Positions 10,233 to 19,868 of a DNA stretch of 64,000 nucleotides are shown piece by piece. The notes below the pieces were generated by a model. That model was not told the origin of the DNA and did no database searches. It worked only from the letters and a program-made list of their open reading frames with translations. The DNA comes from a virus (lineage: Duplodnaviria > Caudoviricetes). Every line of letters begins with the position of its first letter. Within the stretch, counting starts at the first letter, position 1. A program made the position numbers and the translations under genes. The stretch covers positions 1 through 64,000 of the IMG/VR virus record IMGVR_UViG_2909979649_000007; one strand, written 5' to 3'.

Positions 10233-11549
10233 TTAAAAGACTTCGAAGGTAATAGTGGCACTTTCAATATCTTCATATTCCAGTGGTAGCCCTTTTTTAA
10301 CTTGTTCAGTCGTTAAGCGCTTTATTCCCATTGAAAATAGTTCTTCATCACCATCAATCGTATCGTCCGGGCTAACTTTTTTCACATATTCACTTTGATG
10401 GTTTTGCATATACAGCAAGTCATCAATGATATCACCGGTTAATGTACTAATACTGACTTCACCGTTACTGTTATTGCTGGTCAACCAAAATTCATCATCA
10501 CTATCTAGTTCAACACTCATGTTGTCACCATGTTTGTTTCCTCTCATGGTAAATAATGCAGTATGCGCCTTATCAACTGACTGGATTAAAATATTTCCTT
10601 TCTGCTGTTGATTTCTAATTGTGACTAATAAACGAAAAGAACGATCTCGATAGCCTAGCGGTAACCATAGCGTACCTTTGCCGGAAACTTGTGGTCGATA
10701 TATCCGTTTAGATGCAATGATCGTTGGGTAAAATTCACTGCTTTCAATTTTCCCTAACAACACATCGTCATAGCTTGAATCAAAAGATACATGTTGTTCA
10801 TCCAAACCATGAGTATTATACGTGCCATCCTCTAAGTCTCTTAAATTGAAGCCTGTAGAAGGTGACCATCGTAAGTGATAGGTTTTGTCTTGCTCATAGG
10901 AGAATGTACGTTCACCTTCTGAATAACTTGCCGTATTGAAGTTTTTCCACCCGCGCCAGCGTATAATTTGATTGGGCTTTATCGTTAATAATTGGCTACT
11001 CAGATTGACTTTAAGCCGGTTATCGTCATTCAGTATTTCTGCAGCAACCGGTATTTGTGAAAAACTATTGGCTAACAAGTTTTCAACATATGAGCGAGAA
11101 GCCAATACAATTGCAGGATCAATTTTAAGTTCTACATTCGCTGTATTACTTAGCTCAAAAATAACCTTTATATATAGGCTACTACCACTACCTTGAGCCA
11201 AAGTGGGTTTATACGTTTTCGGGTATTTACCGATGGCAATTAAATTATCATCTGTATCATACAGTCCAAATTCAGTAATATAAAAGTTACCATCTTCTTC
11301 AGGGATGACCGTTTCAATCACCAGCCAATGATCGTTATCCGGGTCTTGGAAAATACTATTAATAGGCCCCTGCCATTTTTCTCTAACCAGTGATGTATCC
11401 GTTTCTTTGGGGTTGGTTTCTTTACCGCCATCTTCACCACCGTCACCCACTTTCAGTTTGGTGATTTTAACCGTTTTACCCAATGCTTGGGCATTAATAA
11501 TCCTGGCCTGCCCAAGCTTAGTGAGCAGACTAAAGTATTCTTGATTCAA
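10233..11549 (-). CDS. Tail fibre / receptor-binding protein (P2 gpH-type N-terminus)
   Basis: YFSLLTKLG...ITEFGLYD...LIAIGKYPKTYKP N-terminus; C-terminus shared with 56825-58561. Confidence 0.88.
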   Translation of the reverse strand: MNQEYFSLLTKLGQARIINAQALGKTVKITKLKVGDGGEDGGKETNPKETDTSLVREKWQGPINSIFQDPDNDHWLVIETVIPEEDGNFYITEFGLYDTDDNLIAIGKYPKTYKPTLAQGSGSSLYIKVIFELSNTANVELKIDPAIVLASRSYVENLLANSFSQIPVAAEILNDDNRLKVNLSSQLLTIKPNQIIRWRGWKNFNTASYSEGERTFSYEQDKTYHLRWSPSTGFNLRDLEDGTYNTHGLDEQHVSFDSSYDDVLLGKIESSEFYPTIIASKRIYRPQVSGKGTLWLPLGYRDRSFRLLVTIRNQQQKGNILIQSVDKAHTALFTMRGNKHGDNMSVELDSDDEFWLTSNNSNGEVSISTLTGDIIDDLLYMQNHQSEYVKKVSPDDTIDGDEELFSMGIKRLTTEQVKKGLPLEYEDIESATITFEVF

Positions 11550-11551
11550 AT

Positions 11552-12247
11552 TTAGGCTCCTTTGGGATAGATCGTGATGGTATTAACTGCTTGATAGCCC
11601 GTCACCAGTACCCGGCAAATGTTGCTTGTCAGTTGCGTTGTAATAAATGGATAAATCTGGTGTGTCACAGCACTTTGGTAACCGGACGTCAAACAAGTAC
11701 ACAGCTGGCTATTCATTTCTTTGGTTAAATAGGGAATAACCGTGGTTTGTTGACCTTGTTGACATGTCACTGCCACACGCGGCATTTTTGTTTTATTGGT
11801 TAAATAAACGGTTAAGTCAAAATGACTCCGAACATTTTTAGTACGCTTAATTAGCCGATTAATATTGTCGTATTCTTTTTCAGTAAGGCCACGGGTTTCT
11901 AAATTCACATCGGCTTTAAACGTATAAGGCTGGCCGTTATATTCAAACCATTCGGTTACCGTGATATCTACACCTGTTGCAGCCAACGCTTTTTTTACCG
12001 CGCCAAGGGTGCCTTTATGTCGATGCACTTCAATGGATGCCTTAATGACATTACGCTTGGTTTGCTCTTCCCAAGCTTCGTCCCATTCATCCACCGATAA
12101 GGCCCAAGCCAACCAGGGTAAACAATTAGCCGGGCAAGACTCAGGATGCCAGACGTGATTAGGGTAAGCGGGTATTTCACTGATACGACGGGTACTGTCG
12201 GCTAACCCTTCCTCTAAAGGAGTGGTGTTATTCGGTAGTAAACTCAT
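11552..12247 (-). CDS. Baseplate/tail protein I (P2 gpI-like)
   Basis: MSLLPNNTTPLE...LPWLAWALSVDEWD...HRHKGT; start moved to the ATG at 12247 (track start 12328 overlaps the J gene). Confidence 0.9.
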   Translation of the reverse strand: MSLLPNNTTPLEEGLADSTRRISEIPAYPNHVWHPESCPANCLPWLAWALSVDEWDEAWEEQTKRNVIKASIEVHRHKGTLGAVKKALAATGVDITVTEWFEYNGQPYTFKADVNLETRGLTEKEYDNINRLIKRTKNVRSHFDLTVYLTNKTKMPRVAVTCQQGQQTTVIPYLTKEMNSQLCTCLTSGYQSAVTHQIYPFITTQLTSNICRVLVTGYQAVNTITIYPKGA

Positions 12248-13006
12248 GAAGTTATGCGAGGGTAATGAAAATAGATTTAGCTTTAGGCGCTTGAAAAACT
12301 TTGGCTTGAATATCAGAAGTTGGAGCAATTAATTCGACGCGAGTAACGCCCCCCATATGCAACGCATCATAAATACCCGATAAGGCGACGGTTTTACCCA
12401 GCTTATAACACTGATCAACATACGTATTTAAGGCAGCCGTCGCCGTATCCATAATGGTTTTGGAAGACGGCCCTTGTTGTACATGCAGTTTCGCATCAAT
12501 GGCATAGTCGATAATTTCCGCCGCTTGCACAGTAATATGATCAGTTAATGGCCTGACATCTTCATCATTTAACGCGGTTAACAACGCCTGTTTTATTTCC
12601 TCATCCGGTGCCATATCCGCTTCATCAGCCAATGGTCGCCGTAAAAAAGTAATAACCACCTCGCCCGGCTGATCAGAATACACCGAGACATCGGCAATTT
12701 GATCATGGGCATTATGGGCATGGGCTAAATATGCCCCAACCGGGCCAGCGGTTGAATACCCTTCAGGGCCTAATTGAATGCGACGACGAAAGTCTTCATC
12801 AGATTCCATCACAGCAGGTGTGGGTGGCACTTGATTATCATCAGCCGGTTTAATCACTTTACGTTTAACGCCGTAATTCGCACCCAAATGATCTAAATCC
12901 GAACCTTGCGCATAAGCTAACATGACCGCTTTTGCTCGTTCATTAAATTGCCCTCTCTGTCAGGCTAGTTGTCGTTTTTATTCACTGAGATGACGACAGA
13001 TAACTG

Positions 13007-13489
13007 ATGGCTAAATATACCAAACAGCAAAAAGAAAATATCTTAAAGCTATTGCTCCCACCCGAAAATAAATCAGTCCCAGTGGTACACAAAATGACTG
13101 GCATTCCTCAGTCAACCCTGCATACTTGGAAAACCAAAGTGCGAAGTCAATCTGCCAACATGCCGAAAGAAACATCAAATCAAAGCTGGTCATCAGAACA
13201 AAGGCTTAATGTGATCATTGAGACAGCGGCCTTATCTCAAGCAGAGCTAGCAGCCTATTGCCGAAAAAAAGGGTTGTATGTTGAGCAAGTTGAGCAGTGG
13301 AAACAGGCATTTATTCAGCCAGAGCAACCCTCCCAGGAGCTAAAGAAAAGCTTGCAAGTGGAAAAGCAGCGGTGCCAACAACTTGAAAAAGAGCTAAAGC
13401 GAAAAGAAAAAGCACTGGCCGAAGCCGCGGCCCTGTTAGTCCTTCAAAAAAAAGCTCAGTCAATCTGGGGACCGGACGAGGAAGCCTAA
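13007..13489 (+). CDS. IS3 transposase OrfA
   Basis: N-terminal HTH, leucine-zipper end LAEAAALLVLQKK. Confidence 0.9.
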   Translation: MAKYTKQQKENILKLLLPPENKSVPVVHKMTGIPQSTLHTWKTKVRSQSANMPKETSNQSWSSEQRLNVIIETAALSQAELAAYCRKKGLYVEQVEQWKQAFIQPEQPSQELKKSLQVEKQRCQQLEKELKRKEKALAEAAALLVLQKKAQSIWGPDEEA

Positions 13490-14532
13490 CGTCGTATGCG
13501 GATAGGCAACAAACAGTTCAGTTAATTGGGGAAGCCACAACTGCAGGGGCTCGGCAATTTAAGGCCTGTGAAGTATTAGGGTTAACCCCGCGCACTTATC
13601 AACGGTGGCAGCAAGGCGGTGAGCTACAACCGGATGGCCGCACCACTGCACAGCGTCCATTGCCGCCTAATAAGCTGCCTCCCAATGTTCATCAACAGAT
13701 GCGAGAAACGCTGAATTCACCGGAGTTTGCTGACCTCCCACCTTCTCAGATTGTGCCTAAATTAGCAGATCAAGGTGAGTATATTGCCAGTGAAGCCAGC
13801 TTTTATCGGCTCATGCGGGCAGAAGGGTTATCAACCCATCGAGGGAAGACCCAATCTCGTCAACCCAAACCGAAAACCACCCACACGGCGACAGGCCCTA
13901 ATCAACTTTGGTGCTGGGATATCACTTGGTTGCCAGGTCCCGTCACCGGCATCTTTTTTTACCTGTATTTGATCCTTGATGTTTTCAGCCGCAAGGTGGT
14001 TGGCTGGGAGGTGCACGATTGTGAGCGTAGTAGCCTAGCGGCAGACTTAATACAGAAAGCCTTCTGGCGGGAAAATCTCCATAAAATTCACCAGCAGCCC
14101 CTGATATTACATTCAGATAATGGGAGTCCAATGAAGGGAAGCGCTTTACAAGTCAAACTCGCTGAACTTGGTATTGAGCCTTCTTATAGTCGACCGCGAG
14201 TTAGCAATGACAATGCTTATGCAGAGTCCATATTTAAGACCACTAAATACCGACCAGATTTCCCTCACCAAGGGTTTACCTCATTAGAAAGCGCTCAACG
14301 GTGGGTTGATCAATTTGTTCATTGGTATAACCATGAGCATCAGCATAGTGGATTAAAGTTTGTAACACCGGTACAACGCCATACAGGTGAAGACCTAGTT
14401 ATTTTAAGCCGGCGGAAACAGGTTTATGAGCAAGCTAAAGCAGCTTCCCCTAACCGATGGAGTGGGAATATACGAAACTGGGAGTTGGCAGATGAAGTCC
14501 ACTTAAACCCTGAGAGAAATCAAACTCGTTAA
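13446..14532 (+). CDS. IS3 transposase OrfB (DDE), fused to OrfA by a -1 frameshift
   Basis: A8G slippery run at 13446-13454; -1 frame open to 14532; WCWDITW, LHSDNGS and DNAYAES catalytic motifs. Confidence 0.9.
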
Positions 14533-14944
14533 TATCCATTTAAAACTGTGCAACTCCCCTCTTTAATTGAAGCTGCTGAGGATGGATGCTTTGCATCGCA
14601 AGGCGTCCACCAGAAGGAGCAATGGGTGTTGTCTGTGTTATTAATAATTAGCCCTAAATTGATTATTAATATTTATTATGCCTCACGTTTTGAGATAGCT
14701 CGATGAAGATAAGAAGATAACACGACAACTACGTTGACAAACACCGATTGCTGGCGAATTAGCATTTCGCGATACGCGCAGACTTCTAAAATCTTCATGG
14801 CCGGGTCTGATTCGACTAAGGCTGTAAAGCTACTATCGCGCTTTTGTAAATCATCTAGCATGGATGCTAGGACCATTTCATAATCAATCGGCTCAATCAC
14901 ATCTGGCGCGGGTAACTGTGATAAATCAATGGCAGTAAATTCGC

Positions 14945-15280
14945 TCATACAATGATGCCATCCAATGTAATGGGTTTGCCTTCGGGTAAATAAATCCCTT
15001 CTAACGCAATCAATAACTCGCCAGGTTCACCACGAAACGCTTGCACCTTGGTGACCTTTATACGAGGTTCCCAACGGATTAAGGCTTCAGCGGTGGCCGC
15101 ATAGATTTCCACTAGCCACTGACCATTCATGGGGCGATCCACTAATTCAGGTAAACGACTGCCATAGTCACGCCGCATCAGTCGGGTACCAATGCGGGTG
15201 GTTAGAATGTCAGTGATGGATTGGCGGAGGTGATAGAGGTTAGAAAGGGGTTTACCGGTTTGTCGGTGAGTGCCTTTCAT
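14945..15280 (-). CDS. Baseplate wedge protein W (gp25-like)
   Basis: QSITDILTTRIGTRLMRRDYGS...WEPRI. Confidence 0.92.
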   Translation of the reverse strand: MKGTHRQTGKPLSNLYHLRQSITDILTTRIGTRLMRRDYGSRLPELVDRPMNGQWLVEIYAATAEALIRWEPRIKVTKVQAFRGEPGELLIALEGIYLPEGKPITLDGIIV

Positions 15281-15347
15281 AAAATATTTTAGAGGAGTTA
15301 ATTACTAAAACGATTAACAACTAAAATTTAATGTCATTATAAAATTT

Positions 15348-15767
15348 TTATACCACTGATCCTAAAGAAAATATAGGTATATACATAGAAATCATCGAAA
15401 ATCCATTTATAACTAGTGTTAACACGAATATTAAAACTGAAAAAGCAAGCATTGGGTTTTTACGGCGTTTTTCCTTACCTTTGTAAATTAATTTTTTTCT
15501 GTAAATAAGAGTGCAAATAGGTAAAAGAACCAGAAACACTAAGAAATAAAACCGATAAGTACTTAAAACAAACTCGGTAATAGCTGGTAAATCAGCCCCA
15601 AAACCAGCAAATACTTTTTGAAATTGTGGAATAACAAAAATTACTCCAATATGGATAAATAAAGATAAAACAATCAGCCCTAGTGATAGCAGTACAGCCC
15701 ACGTACTCATTGACTCTATTTTACAGTCTTCAAGGCTTGATTCTGGTACAGCATAAGGCTCTTTCAC
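15348..15767 (-). CDS. Mini PilC/GspF-like inner-membrane protein (moron)
   Basis: VIPQFQKVFAGFGADLPAITEFV and terminal SMYIPIFSLGSVV resemble PilC TM segments; probable GTG start at 15767 after GGAG (track start 15842). Confidence 0.7.
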   Translation of the reverse strand: MKEPYAVPESSLEDCKIESMSTWAVLLSLGLIVLSLFIHIGVIFVIPQFQKVFAGFGADLPAITEFVLSTYRFYFLVFLVLLPICTLIYRKKLIYKGKEKRRKNPMLAFSVLIFVLTLVINGFSMISMYIPIFSLGSVV

Positions 15768-15844
15768 TAATTTCTCCACAACGTGCTTTAATCCTAGATT
15801 TTGTAGCGCGTGTATATTAATTGAACAGACGCTGTTTGGCAATG

Positions 15845-16450
15845 CTATTGTTTAGCTCCTGTCGGCACCGCTGTACCATGACCTGGCACATCATGCCCAT
15901 GGCCGTTATAAATATCCCGATCACCTTGCATACTTCGCGTGTGGTCGGTTATTTCTTGAGTGGCTTTAATATTCCCCTCAACCAATAAATCACCGACACA
16001 ATGAATACCTTCGGGACTAATTAATTTGGTATTACCTGCACCGGTTAACTCAATGATTAATTCATCACTGCCTCGGTGATAGCTAAACCGGGCATGATTT
16101 TTAAACTGCCATACCCACTCATCTGGATCATGGCTAGGGGTTGGGTACTTGTTTTGATAGACAGCCGGTAACACAAAACCATTGGCTAATTCGCCACTGG
16201 GGGATAACACAATGACTTGCTCACCCACTTCCGGTGCCCACCAGCTTTGGTCATGGCCAGCTCTGGTGGTTAACCAAGGTAACCAGCCAGAGGTTAATTG
16301 ATCGATTTGCACTCTGACGCGCGTGCGTTGGTGATCCACTTGGTGAATGGTGCCAGGGCGAATTAAGTTAACTAAAAGCCGGTAAAGCTCATTAACGCGA
16401 AACAACTCGGTAGTCATCTTTATGAGGGATTCCAATTTCAGGGGCGTCAC
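15845..16450 (-). CDS. Baseplate spike protein V
   Basis: WLPWLTTRAG...WWAPEVGEQVIVLSP; probable start 16417. Confidence 0.92.
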   Translation of the reverse strand: MTPLKLESLIKMTTELFRVNELYRLLVNLIRPGTIHQVDHQRTRVRVQIDQLTSGWLPWLTTRAGHDQSWWAPEVGEQVIVLSPSGELANGFVLPAVYQNKYPTPSHDPDEWVWQFKNHARFSYHRGSDELIIELTGAGNTKLISPEGIHCVGDLLVEGNIKATQEITDHTRSMQGDRDIYNGHGHDVPGHGTAVPTGAKQ

Positions 16451-17252
16451 TGCATAAGACAGTGGTTGGTGGTGTACCGCTGTCTTGCCAGATTGATGCT
16501 TCGGTTCTAATCACTTGCTGCCAATTCACTTGCCAGCGCTCGTAGGGTGTCTCACCCAGTGACATAACTTCTTGATCAGCGGTAATGTTTTTCGGGAAGT
16601 CCAGCGCGTCGCCTAAGTCCCATTGATTTGCATTAATCAGTAATGATACTTGAGTCGCCAAATCCCCAGCGTAGCCAACTTGGTGGCAGCAATAGGCAGT
16701 TAAGTTACATTCTACTGCGCCCGGCCCACTCCAATCGTTAGCAGGCTTAATTTGTCGTAGCTTAAGGACAATGGCGGGTAATACTGGCTGAACTAGTTGG
16801 TAATCAGTCAGCGCGGTATTGGAAACCATAGACAGCTGCTGCTGTACATTATTTAAAAACTGTTTAATTGGGCTTTTGTCTGGGGTGCTTTGCCGATCTG
16901 CCACTAAGGCTAAATCACCCCAGCACTCAAACTCCATAATCACCGAGTGCAGCATTTTTTCTGGCTCAAAGCCATCCGCACTGGATATCAGTTGCAGCCC
17001 TAAACCGGCAAACTCAGTTATACACTGCTTTTGTAGCAAATGTGCTTGGCCATAATTTTGGCTCCAAACAACCACCTGAAATACGCTGTTTTGTCCACTG
17101 ATCTCAGTGGTATTAATACGGCCACTGCCTTGAGCTGCATTCACCCGATGGTAAGTGATGGCTGGGTATTTGGCTTTTTCAGGTAGTATGGTTGGGTAAG
17201 CTCGATCATCCACTAATGCGGACAAGGCTTGTTGGATTTTAATTTCAATCAT
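16392..17252 (-). CDS. Tail terminator/completion protein, apparently two fused domains
   Basis: N-half RAYP...YPAITY...VFQVVVW (DUF3168/HK97-like); C-half WQVNWQQVI...APEIG..HKDDY (myophage-like). Confidence 0.65.
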   Translation of the reverse strand: MIEIKIQQALSALVDDRAYPTILPEKAKYPAITYHRVNAAQGSGRINTTEISGQNSVFQVVVWSQNYGQAHLLQKQCITEFAGLGLQLISSADGFEPEKMLHSVIMEFECWGDLALVADRQSTPDKSPIKQFLNNVQQQLSMVSNTALTDYQLVQPVLPAIVLKLRQIKPANDWSGPGAVECNLTAYCCHQVGYAGDLATQVSLLINANQWDLGDALDFPKNITADQEVMSLGETPYERWQVNWQQVIRTEASIWQDSGTPPTTVLCSDAPEIGIPHKDDYRVVSR

Positions 17253-17664
17253 TTAGCAATTCATCAAGCCTTTTTTCAATCAGCTCGATAACCTCCTGCT
17301 TAGCGTTGGAAAAATTGGATTGATCAACAGCGGGTTGAATAAAGGGCTTTTTAGCTTTTTGCCGGTTGTTGCCATATTCCATGGCTAACGCTTTTTGTAC
17401 GACGGATGGCTGATGCTTTTTTTGCGAAATGCCCGAATAAACCACCGCAAATTGGTCTTTAGCAAAGGATTTATGATTAATCGCTTTTTTTAGTTCACCC
17501 GTATCAACCGGTGCATTCTGCTTCATCTGCTTTTTAACCGGCTTAATAATTTCTAACAAGCCTTGCCGTACCGCCCGATTAATTAGCTTTTCTTCTACAT
17601 CACGAAACTGCTCGGTTAACTCTTCCACATCGGTTAAATTCAGATTAAGTTCCATGTTCTTCAC
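17245..17664 (-). CDS. HK97 gp10-family neck protein
   Basis: NAPVDTGELKKAI, MEYGN and PFIQPA motifs. Confidence 0.88.
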   Translation of the reverse strand: MKNMELNLNLTDVEELTEQFRDVEEKLINRAVRQGLLEIIKPVKKQMKQNAPVDTGELKKAINHKSFAKDQFAVVYSGISQKKHQPSVVQKALAMEYGNNRQKAKKPFIQPAVDQSNFSNAKQEVIELIEKRLDELLND

Positions 17665-17965
17665 ACATCAGCTGTAATTCGCGATTGGCTTCTTTGGGGT
17701 TGAGTACTGCGTGAATGTCAAAAAGCCGATCTTTATACTTCACCCGACACTGCGGCTTAATGCCTGGCCGATAACGCATCGTTATTTTGTAATTAATGGC
17801 GTTATTAATTTGCTGGGCAGCAAAAAACTCTTTACCTGATATGGGATCAATGGCGGCTCTTGTTGTACATACCACGACCCAAGTTTTAGTGGGCTGGCCA
17901 AATTCATCTTTAGTTAACTCAGGTTTTTCAATGGTAATACGATGTTTTAAACGTCCAGCTCTCAT
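17645..17965 (-). CDS. Head closure protein (SPP1 gp16-like)
   Basis: MRAGRLKHRITIE...ITMRYRPGI. Confidence 0.92.
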   Translation of the reverse strand: MRAGRLKHRITIEKPELTKDEFGQPTKTWVVVCTTRAAIDPISGKEFFAAQQINNAINYKITMRYRPGIKPQCRVKYKDRLFDIHAVLNPKEANRELQLMCEEHGT

Positions 17966-18270
17966 AGGGATTTAAAACGGTATTTATTCCAAATCGTTTG
18001 GGTAGATAACGGTAATTCACTGACAACCCCGCCAATCACTACAGACTCCCGGTTGTTATACCAGTGGCCAATGAGCATGAGTAAACCAATTTCAATTTCA
18101 CGGGTGATCACCACGGCGGTATCAGTGAGGTTTTCTTGCACTAGCAAGCGTTGTGTCGTGCTTTCAAAATGAGCGATAGCCGCCTCGGTTAATACCTGTA
18201 AATAGGCATCATCTTCGGTTATTTCTTCATCAATATTCAGGTGTTTTTTAACTAGGTTGAGTTCAAGCAT
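17962..18270 (-). CDS. Head-tail connector (HK97 gp6-like)
   Basis: VKKHLNID...LMLIGHWYNNRESV. Confidence 0.92.
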   Translation of the reverse strand: MLELNLVKKHLNIDEEITEDDAYLQVLTEAAIAHFESTTQRLLVQENLTDTAVVITREIEIGLLMLIGHWYNNRESVVIGGVVSELPLSTQTIWNKYRFKSL

Positions 18271-18414
18271 AGTGATTGCCTAATATTAACCGCGCAACAA
18301 TAAATAAAGGGCCTTTCTGCACAAAATTTGCAAATTTAATGCACACCAATTGCTTCAATAACCAGTAGTATATTGAGATGGATAATTTAAACGTCTGGTG
18401 AGGCTCTTTGTACT

Positions 18415-18606
18415 GTGAGTAAAAACATCAAAATGAAGTTGTTAATTATTATTGCCGTTTTGGGCGGTATGGCTATTCTTTTTTGGCTGGCCGCGACAGG
18501 TATTATTTATGCGCTCCATGATTTTGATCCCAACGCATTACAAATTGATGCCTGTTTAGATGCGGGTGGCGCATGGGATTATGAGGGAAGTACATGCAAA
18601 TACTAA
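18415..18606 (+). CDS. Small membrane-anchored protein (moron, antisense)
   Basis: N-terminal TM; C-terminal DACLDAGGAWDY...C motif. Confidence 0.6.
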   Translation: MSKNIKMKLLIIIAVLGGMAILFWLAATGIIYALHDFDPNALQIDACLDAGGAWDYEGSTCKY

Positions 18607-18625
18607 CCATATGCACTGGGCGATT

Positions 18626-18648
18626 AAAAAAGGCGGGAATCCCCGCCT
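18626..18648 (-). terminator. Intrinsic terminator after the major capsid gene
   Basis: AGGCGGGGATTCCCGCC followed by T6 on the minus strand. Confidence 0.8.
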
Positions 18649-18652
18649 CTAA

Positions 18653-19864
18653 TTATCCCGCTTTAATTTGTAATACCTTAACAGCATTGCTATCCAACAA
18701 CATATTCCCCACCCGCTTGGTGGTATAAAACGACACAAAGGGTTTATTGGTGTAGGGATCGCGCAATACCCGTGTACCAATCCGATCTAAGATCAAATAC
18801 GCCCGCTTAAAATTACCAAAGGATATCGGCGCTTTTTTCGCAGCAATGTCATCGACTTGCTCATTTTCCGTCAGCGAATAGCCCAGCAGTTTCGACGGCT
18901 CACCGGCTTGTAAACCAGGGCTCCATAAATAATTACCGTCATTATCCTTCATCAGCCGTACTTGCCCAACACTGGTGCTGTTCATCATCCAGCGAGCACC
19001 GGTGCGGTATTTACGTTTTAAAGCGTACAACAGCTTTAACAGGTCATCTGCTTCGAGCTTAGCGGTGGCGGTATCCAAATACTGCAATTTGCCAAACGCT
19101 CTTTTGTCGTCGGTTTCTAGGGTGCGAGGATAAGCAAACAATCCCTTTGGCTTGTCATTACCATCACCGCGAGTAAAAGCAATTTCTTCTTGTTCGCTAA
19201 ATTCTTCACCAACTTCCCCCACTAAAAACTGTTGTACATTAAAAAAGGCATCATCCAGCATGGTTTGCGTGGCTTCAGGATTGGCGTAAATCTCTCCCCA
19301 GGTGGGTGTAATCGTTTTGAGTTTAGGGGTATCCGTTTGTGGTCTTGGGTCGGTTTCCCCTACCCAGCCCGATGTCGCTCGGCCTTCTTTGCGTAGTTTT
19401 TTAAACTCAGGTGTCGATAAGGTTTGGCTGGCGCAAACCGAACGCATCACCACTTGATCACGGCCAAAATCGATAATTTGCCGGTCTAATTGTTCCGGTA
19501 CCGCATAACCGCCATCCTCATCATTGCCGGTTTGCATGGTTTTGGTTTTTAAATCATCGATCTGGTCGGTTTTACCTTTTCTGACAAATTGATCAAAGGC
19601 TTTTTCATATTCGGCGTTTTGTTGTTTACCGCCAAACGTGCTGCCGGGGCGATTCGCTTTGGTTTCCAATTCTTCAAACTGACCTTTGAGCTTTTCCAGT
19701 TCCGAAAGTTTGTCATTGATTGACTTCAGTTTGCCTTCCACCAATCCATCCAGCGCGTCACCTTTTTCTAAGGTCGTTAAGCGTTCATCATTGGTTTTTT
19801 TAAATTCATTAAAGGCACCACCTAATGCCTCAATTGTCTTATTAATCTCTTCAGCGTAAGCCAT
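18653..19864 (-). CDS. HK97-family major capsid protein
   Basis: Coiled delta domain, DGGYAVPEQL, WVGET, FYTTKRVG. Confidence 0.95.
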   Translation of the reverse strand: MAYAEEINKTIEALGGAFNEFKKTNDERLTTLEKGDALDGLVEGKLKSINDKLSELEKLKGQFEELETKANRPGSTFGGKQQNAEYEKAFDQFVRKGKTDQIDDLKTKTMQTGNDEDGGYAVPEQLDRQIIDFGRDQVVMRSVCASQTLSTPEFKKLRKEGRATSGWVGETDPRPQTDTPKLKTITPTWGEIYANPEATQTMLDDAFFNVQQFLVGEVGEEFSEQEEIAFTRGDGNDKPKGLFAYPRTLETDDKRAFGKLQYLDTATAKLEADDLLKLLYALKRKYRTGARWMMNSTSVGQVRLMKDNDGNYLWSPGLQAGEPSKLLGYSLTENEQVDDIAAKKAPISFGNFKRAYLILDRIGTRVLRDPYTNKPFVSFYTTKRVGNMLLDSNAVKVLQIKAG

Positions 19865-19868
19865 TCAT

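Larger units (their letters stand above)
12951..14746 (+). mobile_element. IS3-family insertion sequence, 1796 bp, with ATTG target duplication
   Basis: ATTG at 12947-50 and 14747-50; imperfect IRs TGTCAggcTAGTTGTCGT (from 12958) and its inverse ending at 14739. Confidence 0.85.
12252..14948 (-). pseudogene. Baseplate J gene interrupted by an IS
   Basis: N-terminal half (14747-14948, ...AYREMLIRQQ) and C-terminal half (12252-12950, FNERAKAVMLAYAQGSDLD...) rejoin in frame when 12951-14750 is removed. Confidence 0.92.

Noticed and set aside
14676-14948. 90-aa stand-alone gene from the ORF track
   Set aside because: It is the N-terminus of baseplate J reading through into IS sequence.
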